Assembly (NCBI RefSeq): GCF_046154365.1
Contig: NZ_JBJXFV010000065.1
Span: 2,006 to 66,005, forward strand
Reading direction: 5' to 3'
Length of the DNA stretch: 64,000 bases
DNA from: Prosthecobacter sp.
GTDB lineage: Bacteria > Verrucomicrobiota > Verrucomicrobiia > Verrucomicrobiales > Verrucomicrobiaceae
Shown here one piece after another: positions 9,333 to 19,243 of this stretch. The translations under genes were made by a program, and so were the position numbers. The notes under the pieces were generated by a model. The model did not search any database. It saw nothing but the letters and a program-made list of their open reading frames with translations, and was not told the DNA's origin. Within the stretch, counting starts at the first letter, position 1. Each line of letters starts with the position of its first letter.

Positions 9333-10721
9333 ATGCGTTCCCTCACTCTCGTCCTGCTCTTGGCCCTTGGCTCTACGCTCTACTTGCCCTCCGTAGCCTT
9401 GGCGAAGGATGGTGCGGCCAAACCCAACGTGCTCGCCATCATCGCCGATGATCTTGGCTACAATGATGTCGGGTTTCAAGGCTCGAAGGAGATTCCAACG
9501 CCGCATCTCGACAAACTGGCCACGCAGAGCCTGCGCTGCACGAATGGCTATGTCTCCCATCCGTTTTGCAGCCCGACTCGGGCGGGCATCATGACCGGGC
9601 GCTATCAGCATCGCTTCGGGCATGAGAACAACCCGGCCTGGCTGCCGGAGAGCACCACAGCGGGGCTGTCGCTGAACGAGACGACGTTTCCATCGCTCAT
9701 GCAGCAGGCGGGTTACACGACCGGCGCAGTCGGCAAGTGGCATCTCGGCGCGCATCCGCAGTTTCATCCGCTGAAGCGTGGCTTTGATGAGTACTTCGGT
9801 GCGCTGGGCGGCGGGCATGTGTATTTCCCCGGTGTAGGCGGCGGCGCGGAGTACAACATCCCGCTGAACCGCAACGGGAAGGACGAACCGCAGACGAAAT
9901 ACCTCACCGATCAGTTTGGCGACGAGGCGGCAGCGTTTGTGGGCCGTCATGCAGACAAAGCGAAGCCGTGGATGCTCTATCTGGCCTTCAACGCGCCACA
10001 CACACCGCTGCAAGCGCCGAAGGAGTGGCTGGAACAGCTCAAGCACATCGAAAACGACAGCCGCCGCACTTACGCGGCGATGGTCTGCGCGCTGGATGCT
10101 GCCATCGGCGGTGTGCTGGTGAAGCTGGACGAAACGAAGCAGCGCGAGAACACCCTGATCTACTTCGTCAGCGACAACGGCGGCCCGAATCTGGCGGCGA
10201 AGAGCGGCACCAACTTCACCGACAATTCGCCGCTGCGTGGTGCGAAGGGCATGGTCTATGAAGGCGGCATGCGCGTGCCGTTTCTGGTGAGCTGGCCCGC
10301 GAAGATCAAGCCTGGAACGTATGATCAACCTGTCATCGCGTTGGATTTCCTGCCCACCGCGCTCGCGGCGGCTGGTGCTGCCGAATTGACGCCGAAGAAT
10401 CTCGATGGCGCGAATCTGCTGCCGTTTTTGACCGGCGAGAAGACGGGAGCGCCGCATGAGCTGCTGTTCTGGCGCTCCGGCGGACCGGGCGGGAACAATG
10501 CGGTGCGTAATGGCAATATGAAGCTCGTGCGCAACGGTTCAGCCGCACCTGAATTGTATGATCTGGCCGCTGATGTCGGCGAAACGAAGAACCTCGCAGC
10601 AGAAAAGCCCGAAGTGGTGAAGGAATTCGTCACAGCCATAGCCGAATGGGAAAAGGGCACCATCGCACCGACATTTCAGAGTCCGAAGGCCGGGAAGCCG
10701 ACAGTGAAGAAGCACAAGTAG
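9333..10721 (+). CDS. sulfatase (arylsulfatase A / formylglycine-dependent family)
   Basis: ORF 9300..10721(+). The signal peptide is MRSLTLVLLLALGSTLYLPSVALA from ATG 9333 (ATG 9300 is an alternative start). It has the formylglycine motif CSPTRAGIMTGR, and an N-terminal IIADDLGYNDVG. Confidence 0.9.
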   Translation: MRSLTLVLLLALGSTLYLPSVALAKDGAAKPNVLAIIADDLGYNDVGFQGSKEIPTPHLDKLATQSLRCTNGYVSHPFCSPTRAGIMTGRYQHRFGHENNPAWLPESTTAGLSLNETTFPSLMQQAGYTTGAVGKWHLGAHPQFHPLKRGFDEYFGALGGGHVYFPGVGGGAEYNIPLNRNGKDEPQTKYLTDQFGDEAAAFVGRHADKAKPWMLYLAFNAPHTPLQAPKEWLEQLKHIENDSRRTYAAMVCALDAAIGGVLVKLDETKQRENTLIYFVSDNGGPNLAAKSGTNFTDNSPLRGAKGMVYEGGMRVPFLVSWPAKIKPGTYDQPVIALDFLPTALAAAGAAELTPKNLDGANLLPFLTGEKTGAPHELLFWRSGGPGGNNAVRNGNMKLVRNGSAAPELYDLAADVGETKNLAAEKPEVVKEFVTAIAEWEKGTIAPTFQSPKAGKPTVKKHK

Positions 10722-10741
10722 CTCGGTATTCCGATACCGAG
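10722..10741 (+). terminator. perfect 8-bp stem / 4-nt loop hairpin (CTCGGTAT-TCCG-ATACCGAG) immediately after the sulfatase stop
   Basis: Seen directly in the sequence and followed by ATTTGG. A second 8-bp/tetraloop hairpin (CGCGGAAT-CGGA-ATTCCGCG) lies at 10771-10790. The weak T-tract makes terminator function uncertain. Confidence 0.4.
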
Positions 10742-10803
10742 ATTTGGAGCGCTGGGTGATGCGGTGATGTCGCGGAATCGGAATTCCGCGCTACGATCTG
10801 CCC

Positions 10804-13062
10804 ATGATTTTACCCCGCATCATTTTACCTTTGCTGTTCTGTGGCGTTGTTCACGCGGACGAATTCGACGCGCTGCGCGAAGTCGTACACAAGGCGGTGG
10901 CGAAGGGGAATCCGCCAGGGGCGGTGCTTCACTTTGAAAGCGGTGAGAAGAAGCTGACGCTGGTGGAGGGACAGCGGGCAGTTTCACCAGCAAAGGAGGC
11001 GATGACGGCGGATACCGTGTTCGATGCGGCATCACTGACGAAGGTGGTGGCGACGTTGCCGTGTGTTTTGATCCTGATGGAGCAGGGGAAGATCGAGCTG
11101 GAGGCGGAAGTGCGGCGGTATGTGCCGGAGTTTCGCGCTGGGATCACGGTGCGGCATCTGCTGACGCATACTTCGGGCCTGAGGCCGGGCATTCCGAAGG
11201 AGCCGGAGTGGACGGGCTATGAGGCGGGTATTCGACGTGCGGTCGAATTGGAGCCAGATGGGCCGCCAGATCGCTTTTTCCGCTATTCGGACATCAATTT
11301 CATCCTGCTGGGCGAAATCGTGCGCCGCGTGAGCGGTGTGGCTTTGAATGAGTTCGCGGCAAAACACGTGTTTGAGCCGCTGAAGATGGATTCGACGCGG
11401 TTTCTGCCTCCAGACGACTGGAAGCCGCGCATCGCGCCCACGGAGAAGGATGAGAATGGCGTGATGCTGCGCGGCGTGGTGCATGATCCGACCTCGCGCA
11501 AGATGGGCGGCGTCACGGGGCACGCGGGCTTGTTCACGACGGCTTCCGATTTGGCGAAGTATGCGCGGATGATTCTGACTGAGGGTGCGGGTGTGCTGAA
11601 GCCGACAACGGTGAAGATCATGACGACACCGCAGACGATTACGACGGTGTTTGAGCGGCGTGGACTCGGCTGGGACATTGATTCGCCTTTTAGCAGGCCG
11701 CGTGGGAAGGTGTTTCCGATTGGATCATTCGGCCACACGGGTTTCACCGGCACGAGTTTATGGATCGAGCCGCAGACGAAGACGTTCATCATTTTCATGA
11801 GTTCACGTCTGCATCCGAATGGCAGAGGCAGTGTGCGCGAGTTGTATGAACAGATCGGCACCGTGGCAGCACAAGGGATGAAGTTTGCGGCGAACGGGCC
11901 GCCGTGGCCGCGTGATGAGAAGGAAGTGCCGACGGTGCTCAACGGCATCGACGTGTTGGTGCGGCGCAAGTTTGCCGATTTGAAAGGCCTGCGGATCGGT
12001 TTGATCACGAATCAGACCGGCATCGACGCGCAACGACGCAGCACGATTGATCTGCTGGCGAACGCGACCGAGGTGAAGCTGAAAAAACTCTTCAGTCCCG
12101 AGCACGGCATTCGTGGAGAGCTGGATCAGGAGAAGATCAGCAACTCGAAGGACGCAAAGACCGGCCTACCCGTGCTGAGCTTGTATGGCGAGCAGCGTGC
12201 GCCGACGGCGGAGCAACTCGCAGACGTGGATGCGCTGGTGTTCGACATCCAGGACATCGGCTGCCGGTTCTACACCTACATCTCGACGTTGCGGGTGTGC
12301 ATGGAGGCGGCGGCGAAGGCGAAGAAGGCGTTCTATGTGCTCGACCGTGTGAACCCCATCGGCGGCAACGCCGTGGAAGGCCCGGCGGTGCCGGACAAGG
12401 AGACGTTCACCGCCACGCATGCGATGCCGCTGCGCCACGGCATGACCGCAGGCGAACTGGCGGCGATGATGAACGCGGAGCGCAATATCGGCTGCGATTT
12501 GAAGGTCATTCCGGTCGAAGGCTGGCGACGCGGCATGCTGTTTGATCAAACCGGACTGCCGTGGATCAACCCGTCGCCGAACATGCGTTCGCTGAATGCC
12601 GCGCAGCTTTATCCGGGCATTGGCTTGCTCGAATTCAGCGTCAGCGTCGGCCGTGGCACCGATTCGCCGTTTGAAGTGCTCGGGGCGCCGTATGTGAATG
12701 ATCTGCGGCTGGCGCATGAGCTGAACAAACTGGGCCTGCCAGGCGTGCAGTTCACGCCGGTGCGCTTCACGCCGACGACGAGCGTGTTCAAGAACGAGGC
12801 CTGCGGCGGCGTGCGGATTCAAATCACAGATCGCAACATGCTGCGGCCCGTGCAGACCGGCATCGCCATCGCAACGGTGTTGCAGCGCCTGCACCCGAAT
12901 TCGTTCGCGCTGGCGAAGGTGAACACGCTGCTGAATCGCGACGAGAGCGTGAAGGCGATCCGCGCGGGAGAACCGTGGAAGAAGGTGATGGAAGCTTGGA
13001 GCGAAGAGACAAGTGGGTTTGAGGCGAGGCGGAAGGAGTTTTTGAGGTATGCCAAGGAATGA
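10804..13062 (+). CDS. fusion protein: beta-lactamase-fold serine hydrolase (N) + DUF1343 / NamZ-like exo-beta-N-acetylmuramidase domain (C)
   Basis: ORF of 752 aa with a signal peptide. The N half has the SxxK motif ASLTK and HLLTHTSGL. The C half has LRIGLITNQTGID, LFSPEHGIRG, LVFDIQDIGCRFYTYISTL and VLDRVNPIGG, which are typical of DUF1343. Confidence 0.85.
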   Translation: MILPRIILPLLFCGVVHADEFDALREVVHKAVAKGNPPGAVLHFESGEKKLTLVEGQRAVSPAKEAMTADTVFDAASLTKVVATLPCVLILMEQGKIELEAEVRRYVPEFRAGITVRHLLTHTSGLRPGIPKEPEWTGYEAGIRRAVELEPDGPPDRFFRYSDINFILLGEIVRRVSGVALNEFAAKHVFEPLKMDSTRFLPPDDWKPRIAPTEKDENGVMLRGVVHDPTSRKMGGVTGHAGLFTTASDLAKYARMILTEGAGVLKPTTVKIMTTPQTITTVFERRGLGWDIDSPFSRPRGKVFPIGSFGHTGFTGTSLWIEPQTKTFIIFMSSRLHPNGRGSVRELYEQIGTVAAQGMKFAANGPPWPRDEKEVPTVLNGIDVLVRRKFADLKGLRIGLITNQTGIDAQRRSTIDLLANATEVKLKKLFSPEHGIRGELDQEKISNSKDAKTGLPVLSLYGEQRAPTAEQLADVDALVFDIQDIGCRFYTYISTLRVCMEAAAKAKKAFYVLDRVNPIGGNAVEGPAVPDKETFTATHAMPLRHGMTAGELAAMMNAERNIGCDLKVIPVEGWRRGMLFDQTGLPWINPSPNMRSLNAAQLYPGIGLLEFSVSVGRGTDSPFEVLGAPYVNDLRLAHELNKLGLPGVQFTPVRFTPTTSVFKNEACGGVRIQITDRNMLRPVQTGIAIATVLQRLHPNSFALAKVNTLLNRDESVKAIRAGEPWKKVMEAWSEETSGFEARRKEFLRYAKE

Positions 13063-13235
13063 TCTGGCAAGGGGCCAGGCTTTCGGTGATCCACCGGCAT
13101 GAAATCGAATGCCCCATCACTGCATGGCGAGGCTGAGGTCTTCCAGGACTTGCAGGCGGATGCGCTGGCGATCCACTCCGCCTGGTTGCGGAGCCGAGTC
13201 TCAAATGGATCAAAGGATATTTTCCATTACGCGCT

Positions 13236-14219
13236 TCAAACCATGCCATTTACCACGTTTTCGAGTGGCTGGCCGGTCACGGCGGCAAGTGCGATCCGCG
13301 CCGAGGTGCTGCGCATTTCGATCTTCGACTCCACGCTGCAAAAGGCTGCGTGACAGGTGGCGATGAGGTTAGGCGTGGCGGCCTCTTCGGTGGTGCGCAG
13401 CGGTTCGTCTTCGATGACATCGAGGCCCGCGCCTGCGAGGCGGTTTTCACGCAGCGCGGCGAGAATCGCGGTTTTTTCGATGATGGCTCCGCGAGCTGTG
13501 TTCACGATGAAGGAAGTCGGTTTGAGCAGCGAAAGCTCGCGCTCGGCGATGAGGTGACGTGTTTCAGCATTCAGCGGGCAGTGCAGTGACAAAACATCGG
13601 TTTGAGTGAGCAATTCATCGAGCGAGCGCACGCGTGTGATGCCCACCGCTTTGTCCGCGCCGTTGGGAAGATACGGATCGTGGAAAATGACACGGAAGCC
13701 GAGGGCTTTGGCTCGCAGCGCTGTCGCGGTGCCGATGCGGCCGAGTCCGACGATGCCGAAGGTGAGCGTACTGAGGCGGCGGAGCTTGGGGCCGACTTTG
13801 ATGTTCCAGCCGAGTGCTTTGGCTTCTTGATCGAGTGGCAGGATTTGGCGGCACAGGACCATGGCGAGCGCGATGGCATGATCCGCGACCTCTTCGGTGC
13901 CGTAGTCCGGCACGTTGCACACGGCAATGCCACGTTCACGGGCTGCGGCGACGTCCACGCTGTCGAAGCCGACGCCATTGCGGATGATGGCGCGGCAGTT
14001 TTTGAGTTTCGCGATGCCCTGCGCCGTCAGCGGCATGTTGTGCCAGATGATGATGGCGTTGGCGCTGGCGATCTCGTCATCCAAATCGGCATCGGTGTCG
14101 CAGAGATGTCGTGTGACTTTCGCGGCGCTGCCGATGATGGCTTTTTCGATGGCGGACTCCGCATCGCCTTGCGGTGCGGTGCGCCAGTCGATGATGGCAA
14201 TGTGTGAGTTGGGTGGCAT
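13236..14219 (-). CDS. D-isomer-specific 2-hydroxyacid dehydrogenase (CtBP-like)
   Basis: ORF of 327 aa. It has the NAD-binding GIVGLGRIGTATALRAKALGFRV, plus NTARGAIID-like NTARGAII and LDVIEDEP. Confidence 0.85.
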   Translation of the reverse strand: MPPNSHIAIIDWRTAPQGDAESAIEKAIIGSAAKVTRHLCDTDADLDDEIASANAIIIWHNMPLTAQGIAKLKNCRAIIRNGVGFDSVDVAAARERGIAVCNVPDYGTEEVADHAIALAMVLCRQILPLDQEAKALGWNIKVGPKLRRLSTLTFGIVGLGRIGTATALRAKALGFRVIFHDPYLPNGADKAVGITRVRSLDELLTQTDVLSLHCPLNAETRHLIAERELSLLKPTSFIVNTARGAIIEKTAILAALRENRLAGAGLDVIEDEPLRTTEEAATPNLIATCHAAFCSVESKIEMRSTSARIALAAVTGQPLENVVNGMV

Positions 14220-14266
14220 GCAGATGGGACAAATAGGACTGATGGGAGGAATGCGACGAATGCTTT

Positions 14267-15670
14267 TTACGCGAGCAGTTCTTTGATCACGCCGTGGCCT
14301 TCGAGGCCGGTGAGGCGTTGTTGGAGGCCGTTGTGGTAGAAGGTCAGCTTTTCGTGGTCGATGCCGAGCAGGTGAAGGGCGGTGGCGTGCAGTTCGTAGC
14401 TGTGGGTGATTTTTTCGACGGCTTTGAAGCCGAGTTCATCCGTGCTGCCGTAGCCGGTGCCGCCCTTGATGCCGCCGCCTGCCATCCAGGCAGTGAAGGC
14501 TCCGGCGTTGTGGTCGCGGCCTTTGCCTGCGCCTTGCGCGGAGGGTTGGCGGCCAAACTCAGTGGTGCAGATGACGAGCGTCTCATCCAGCAGGCCGCGT
14601 GATTTGAGATCAGCGAGCAACGCACTCGCACCAGTGTCGAGAACGCCCCCCCAGTAGCCATGATCGCGCACCAGATCTTCATGGCTGTCCCAGTTCGGGC
14701 GGATTTTTTTCGCCGTGGTGTTTTCAGCGCCGCAGTAGATTTGAATGAAGCGCACACCGCGCTCCGCGAGTCGGCGTGCCATCAGGCACTGTCGGCCAAA
14801 GGGGCCGCGCTCGGGATCGTCGAGCGCGTAGAGTTTGTTGGTGAGTTCGGTTTCTCCAGAGAGGTTGGTGACTTCGGGCGCGCTGAGTTGGAGTCGTGCG
14901 GCCATCTCATACGCAGCGATGCGCGCATCGAGTTCGGTGTTGGCGGCGCGTGTTGCGCGGTGCTGCACATTGAGTTTTTGCAGGAAGGCCAGCGTCTGCT
15001 GATCTTGCTGCCGAGTGGTAAAATCCTTCGGCGGGAAGAGATCTGCGATGGGTTGCTCGGCGTTCGTGGCATCGAGCGTGGTGGCCTGATGCACGGCGGG
15101 AAGAAAGCCCGCGCCCCAGTTGATCGGACCGCCGGGCGGGAGTCCACGTGGATCAGGCAGCACGACGAATGACGGCAGATTGTCGCTCTCACTGCCGAGT
15201 CCGTAGGTGACCCATGCGCCCATGCTGGGGAAGCCGGGCAGCGTCTGACCCGTGTTCATCATGAAGCAGCCGGGGCCGTGCAGCGCGGTCTTGCTCTGCA
15301 TGGAGTAGATGAACGCCATGTTATCGACCTGCGTGGCGAGTTTTGGGAAGAGATTGCTCACCCAGCGCCCGCTCTCGCCGTGTTGTTTGAAGGGATAATA
15401 GCTCGGCTGGCAGTTGCCTGGCTTCGACGCAAAGAACTGCATCTTCCCATCGGGATCGAAGGGTTTGCCCGCGCGTTTGATCAGCTCTGGCTTGAAATCA
15501 AAGGTGTCCACGTGGCTCATGCCACCTGGGCAGAAGATCTGGATGACGCGCTTCGCTCTCGCCGTGTGATGCGGCTGCGCGCCGCGAGCGAGCATGGAGG
15601 TCAACGCGAGTCCGCCAAGGCCACCAGCGGCGGTTTGGAGGAAGGATCGGCGTGAGTGAATGGCATTCAT
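14267..15670 (-). CDS. DUF1501 domain protein (sulfatase/alkaline-phosphatase fold, Tat signal)
   Basis: ORF 14267..15703(-), with the start at ATG 15670 (MNAIHSRRSFLQTAAGG). Supporting segments are FCPGGMSHVDTFDFKPEL, GLGSESDNLPSFVVLP and TEFGRQP...GRDHN. Confidence 0.9.
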   Translation of the reverse strand: MNAIHSRRSFLQTAAGGLGGLALTSMLARGAQPHHTARAKRVIQIFCPGGMSHVDTFDFKPELIKRAGKPFDPDGKMQFFASKPGNCQPSYYPFKQHGESGRWVSNLFPKLATQVDNMAFIYSMQSKTALHGPGCFMMNTGQTLPGFPSMGAWVTYGLGSESDNLPSFVVLPDPRGLPPGGPINWGAGFLPAVHQATTLDATNAEQPIADLFPPKDFTTRQQDQQTLAFLQKLNVQHRATRAANTELDARIAAYEMAARLQLSAPEVTNLSGETELTNKLYALDDPERGPFGRQCLMARRLAERGVRFIQIYCGAENTTAKKIRPNWDSHEDLVRDHGYWGGVLDTGASALLADLKSRGLLDETLVICTTEFGRQPSAQGAGKGRDHNAGAFTAWMAGGGIKGGTGYGSTDELGFKAVEKITHSYELHATALHLLGIDHEKLTFYHNGLQQRLTGLEGHGVIKELLA

Positions 15671-15723
15671 GGAAATGAAATGGAGAGTTGATGCCGCACA
15701 CAATTCTGTGCTAGCCTGCCAGC

Positions 15724-16029
15724 ATGAAAATGCTTCTCGAAAAAGACATCGTCAGCCTCACCGACTTCGCCCGGCAGACGCGCAAGCACACCGCTGAGCT
15801 GAAGAAGCACAACCGGCCGCGTGTTTTGACTCACAACGGGAAAGCGACTGCGGTGGTGCTTTCGGTCAGTGCCTTCGACAAGCTGATGCACGCGGCGGAG
15901 GAATATCGGCTGGATATGGAGCTGAAGGCGGCGCTGGAGGCCTATGATCGTGGGGATCGTGGCACACCTGGTGAAATAGCGTTTGAGCGCATTCGCAGCA
16001 AAGCCAACCTCCGTCAGGCGAAACAATGA
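15724..16029 (+). CDS. type II antitoxin, Phd/YefM family
   Basis: ORF of 101 aa. SLTDFARQTRKHTAELKKHNRPRVLTHNGKATAVVLSVSAFDKL matches the Phd/YefM pattern. It forms an ATGA overlap with the downstream toxin (16026-16029). Confidence 0.8.
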   Translation: MKMLLEKDIVSLTDFARQTRKHTAELKKHNRPRVLTHNGKATAVVLSVSAFDKLMHAAEEYRLDMELKAALEAYDRGDRGTPGEIAFERIRSKANLRQAKQ

Positions 16030-16382
16030 GCTTTCTCTGGAGCCTCGCAGACACTGGTGAGGACGATATTGACCGTCAGATGATCTGGTATGAGTCGGAT
16101 GAGTCTCACGGCGGAGCTGTGCTGGCGAACCGGTGGAGTGATCTATTGAGATTGGCACTCGATAAGCTGGCGCTTTCACCACATCGTCATGGGTTCGCCC
16201 CTGAGAGCGGTAAATGGATGCCACAATACGAAATCCGCCAGATGCTCTTTCGCCCCTGGAAGACAGGCGTTGGTTGGCGCGTGCTCTATACCATCGACGA
16301 AGCCAGGAAACTCGTGACGATCCTCCAAATCCGTCACGAGCACCGGCGGTGGCTGTTCGAGGCTGAGGATGACGAAAGCTAG
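16026..16382 (+). CDS. type II toxin, ParE/RelE superfamily
   Basis: ORF of 118 aa. The C-terminal WRVLYTIDEARKLVTILQIRHEHR is typical of ParE/RelE. It is coupled to the Phd-like gene. Confidence 0.75.
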   Translation: MSFLWSLADTGEDDIDRQMIWYESDESHGGAVLANRWSDLLRLALDKLALSPHRHGFAPESGKWMPQYEIRQMLFRPWKTGVGWRVLYTIDEARKLVTILQIRHEHRRWLFEAEDDES

Positions 16383-19243
16383 TCCACATACACAAACTCG
16401 TTGGCGTTAAACAGTGATCGGCAGAAGGCAAAGAGTTCGTTGGCCTTGATGAACTCGGTGGCGAGCTGCTGTTCCTCGGCGGTGGGTTCGCGGGAAAAGG
16501 CGAGGGCGTAGGCTTGGTGGATTTGTTTCGCGAGATCGGTGCCGGCTTCGTGTTGCAGGCGCTCGGCGAAGTAACGGGACTGGCGGAGGATGAAGTCGTT
16601 GTTGAAGAGGGCGAGGGATTGCAGCGCGGTCGTCGTGGTCATGCGCGCGGGCGTGAGATTCGCGGGGTCGGGACAGTCGAGCGTGGTGAGGAATTTCTGC
16701 GGCGTGCTGCGCACGACGAAGCGGTAGATGCTGCGCCGCCATAGCTCGGGTGTGTCGGCGGTGATGTGCTGATACACGGGCGCGTAGCCTTCGGTGTAGG
16801 TGAAGTCGGTGAAGCCGGGGCCGCCGGTTTGCTGGAGGTTGAGCTTACCGGAAATGGCGAGGACGAAATCACGCGTGGCTTCGGCTTCGATGCGGCGCGG
16901 GTTTTGTCGCCAGAGGAATCTGTTTGATCCGTCTGATCCGACAGCTCGGTCGGATCTTTGTCGATAGGCTTGGCTCGTCACGATCAGCTTGTGCATGTGC
17001 TTGAGCGACCAGCCGCTTTTTAGCAGTTCATCAGCGAGATAATCGAGCAGCTCGGGATGCGAAGGCTGACCGCCGCCGAGGCCGAAGTCGCTGGGGGTGT
17101 TCACGATGCCTTGGCCAAAATGCCAGTGCCAGAGGCGGTTGACGATGACGCGCCTCGTCAATGGATTGCGCGGATCGGTGATCCACGCTGCGAGGGCTTT
17201 ACGGCGGTCGCCTTCGGGCGCGTCGAGGGTGCCGAGAGCGGGCTTGAGGTCGCGCAGAAGGCTCAGCGTGCCGGGCGGGATGGATTCGTCGGCGGGAGAC
17301 TCGGGATCGCCGCGTTTGAGAATCTGAACGGCGGGCGGTTTGTCGGCGATGACGGCGTAAACCTTGTCGGTGGTGACTTTGGCGTTCAGTTTGGCACTGA
17401 GTTGCTTCTCTTCGGCTCGCAGCGCGTTGACGCGGGCTTTGTCAGCGGCGGAGAGCGGCTGGGATTCGATGTCGAGCGTGAGTTTGGCATCGCCGAGGAA
17501 GAGGAGATCGTTGCTGATGCCGTCGCCGCCATCGGTGGCTATCAATGTGATCGTCGGCGCGTCAGTGGGGATGCTGAGATCGAGGTGCGCGGACTCATCT
17601 TTACGCATTTTGAGCCGCTGGAACTTTTGTTCGCTGCCGATGAACACCGTGAAGTCCGCGAGGCTCCTGGCGGCTTGTTGGTTGGCTCCAAAGCCAAGCA
17701 TCGCGGTGAAGCGCATCTTCGCGTAGCCACTGACTTTGCGAATCTCTTTGAGGTCGAAGGTGACGGCGCTGTTCGCGTGCAGGCCGAGGATGCTGTGGCC
17801 GTCTTTCGCATAGTCCGTGCCGTCGATGGTGGTGGAGACTTGAGCGTTGAGTGGTCCGTTGCGGATGGCGTCCCAGGTGTGCCCGGAGGTGGCGGGGATG
17901 CCGGAGGGCAGGTCGTTGGGGACTGAGACAAATAGGACTGATGGGACGGATGGGACCAATGTCTGGCGATTGCTTTTGATGTCGCGGTGGTAGCCGAGTT
18001 TGGCAATCGTGAGGCTGCCGTTGCGTAGGTCGATGCCGGTGCCTTTTTTGCCGATCATATCGGCGAGATCAAGGCCTTCACCGGTGAGTTTGGCGAGTTC
18101 GGTGGTGACCTGGCGGAGGCGCGTTTGTGTTTTGGCACGCTCGGCAGTGAGGCGGGCGGACTCGGCGGTGTCGAGATCGCGATCACCGCGCTTCAAGCCG
18201 GCGAACACGGACCACAGCGAGTAATACTCGCGCTGCGAGATGGGATCGAGCTTGTGATCGTGGCAGCGCGCGCAATTCACCGTGACGCCGCATGCAGCAG
18301 TCATGACCTGCGTGACCATGTCGTCGAGATCGAGGGTGCGAGCACTGCGGCGCAGCACATCGCTCTTTGTTTCGACCTGCCCGACGAAGTCATAGGGTCC
18401 GGCTGCGAGGAAACCGGTCGCCACGATGGATGGCTGATTCAACACATCGCCAGCGATCTGCTCGCGCAGGAACTGGTCGTAGGGTTTGTCGGCGTTCAGC
18501 GCATGGATGACGTAATCGCGGTAACGCCAGGCATTGTCGCGGCGCTGATCGCGCTCAAAGCCGTGCGTGTCGGCGTAATGCGCGATGTCGAGCCAGTGGC
18601 GGGCGTAACGCTCGCCGTAGCGCGGTGAGGCAAGCAAGCGGTCGATGAGCTTTTCATACGCCTTCGGGTCTTTGTCTTGGCGGAAAGCTTCCACCTCAGC
18701 CGGTGTCGGCGGAAGACCATGGAGATTAAAAGTGAGGCGACGAATGAGCGAGCGGCGATCCGCTTCGGGCGAGGGCTGTAGTTTGTTCTCGGCAAGTTTT
18801 GCTTGGATGATCGAGTCGATGCTCTGAGGCATGCCGAACTTCGTCAACGGCTGCCAAGCCCAGTGCGAGAGACGTTTGTCAGCCAGTGCGGCTTTGTCGG
18901 CGGCGTTCTCCGGCCACACCGCACCGGATTCGATCCACGTTTTAATCGCGGCGATCTGTGACGGCGACAACGCGTCGCCTTTCGGCGGCATGCGCTCCTT
19001 GTCATCCGTATTGGTGATGCGCTGGTAGAGCGGCGACTTGTCGGGCTTGCCAGCGACGATAGCGGGGCCGTCGTGACCACCTTTGAAAGCGAATGGCTTC
19101 GCATCGAGGCGCAGCTCGCCTTTGTGCTTCTTTTCGCCATGACATTCGATGCAGCTCTCCTGAAGCAATGGACGAATCTCACGGTCGAAATCGACGGCGA
19201 GAGCTGGAACAGCCGCCAAGAGAATGAAGATCGTGGTTCTCAT
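16379..19243 (-). CDS. PSCyt1 (CxxCH) - DUF1549 - DUF1553 (PSD1) giant secreted protein
   Basis: ORF of 954 aa with a signal peptide. Motifs are CIECHG, LIRRLTFNLHGLPPTPAEVEAF, YGERYARHWLDIAHYADTHG, CARCHDHKLDPISQREYY and the C-terminal NANEFVYVD. Confidence 0.9.
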   Translation of the reverse strand: MRTTIFILLAAVPALAVDFDREIRPLLQESCIECHGEKKHKGELRLDAKPFAFKGGHDGPAIVAGKPDKSPLYQRITNTDDKERMPPKGDALSPSQIAAIKTWIESGAVWPENAADKAALADKRLSHWAWQPLTKFGMPQSIDSIIQAKLAENKLQPSPEADRRSLIRRLTFNLHGLPPTPAEVEAFRQDKDPKAYEKLIDRLLASPRYGERYARHWLDIAHYADTHGFERDQRRDNAWRYRDYVIHALNADKPYDQFLREQIAGDVLNQPSIVATGFLAAGPYDFVGQVETKSDVLRRSARTLDLDDMVTQVMTAACGVTVNCARCHDHKLDPISQREYYSLWSVFAGLKRGDRDLDTAESARLTAERAKTQTRLRQVTTELAKLTGEGLDLADMIGKKGTGIDLRNGSLTIAKLGYHRDIKSNRQTLVPSVPSVLFVSVPNDLPSGIPATSGHTWDAIRNGPLNAQVSTTIDGTDYAKDGHSILGLHANSAVTFDLKEIRKVSGYAKMRFTAMLGFGANQQAARSLADFTVFIGSEQKFQRLKMRKDESAHLDLSIPTDAPTITLIATDGGDGISNDLLFLGDAKLTLDIESQPLSAADKARVNALRAEEKQLSAKLNAKVTTDKVYAVIADKPPAVQILKRGDPESPADESIPPGTLSLLRDLKPALGTLDAPEGDRRKALAAWITDPRNPLTRRVIVNRLWHWHFGQGIVNTPSDFGLGGGQPSHPELLDYLADELLKSGWSLKHMHKLIVTSQAYRQRSDRAVGSDGSNRFLWRQNPRRIEAEATRDFVLAISGKLNLQQTGGPGFTDFTYTEGYAPVYQHITADTPELWRRSIYRFVVRSTPQKFLTTLDCPDPANLTPARMTTTTALQSLALFNNDFILRQSRYFAERLQHEAGTDLAKQIHQAYALAFSREPTAEEQQLATEFIKANELFAFCRSLFNANEFVYVD

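Noticed and set aside
9201-10457. 418-codon minus-strand ORF
   Set aside because: It lies antisense to the sulfatase gene, which has an unmistakable CSPTR motif on the plus strand.
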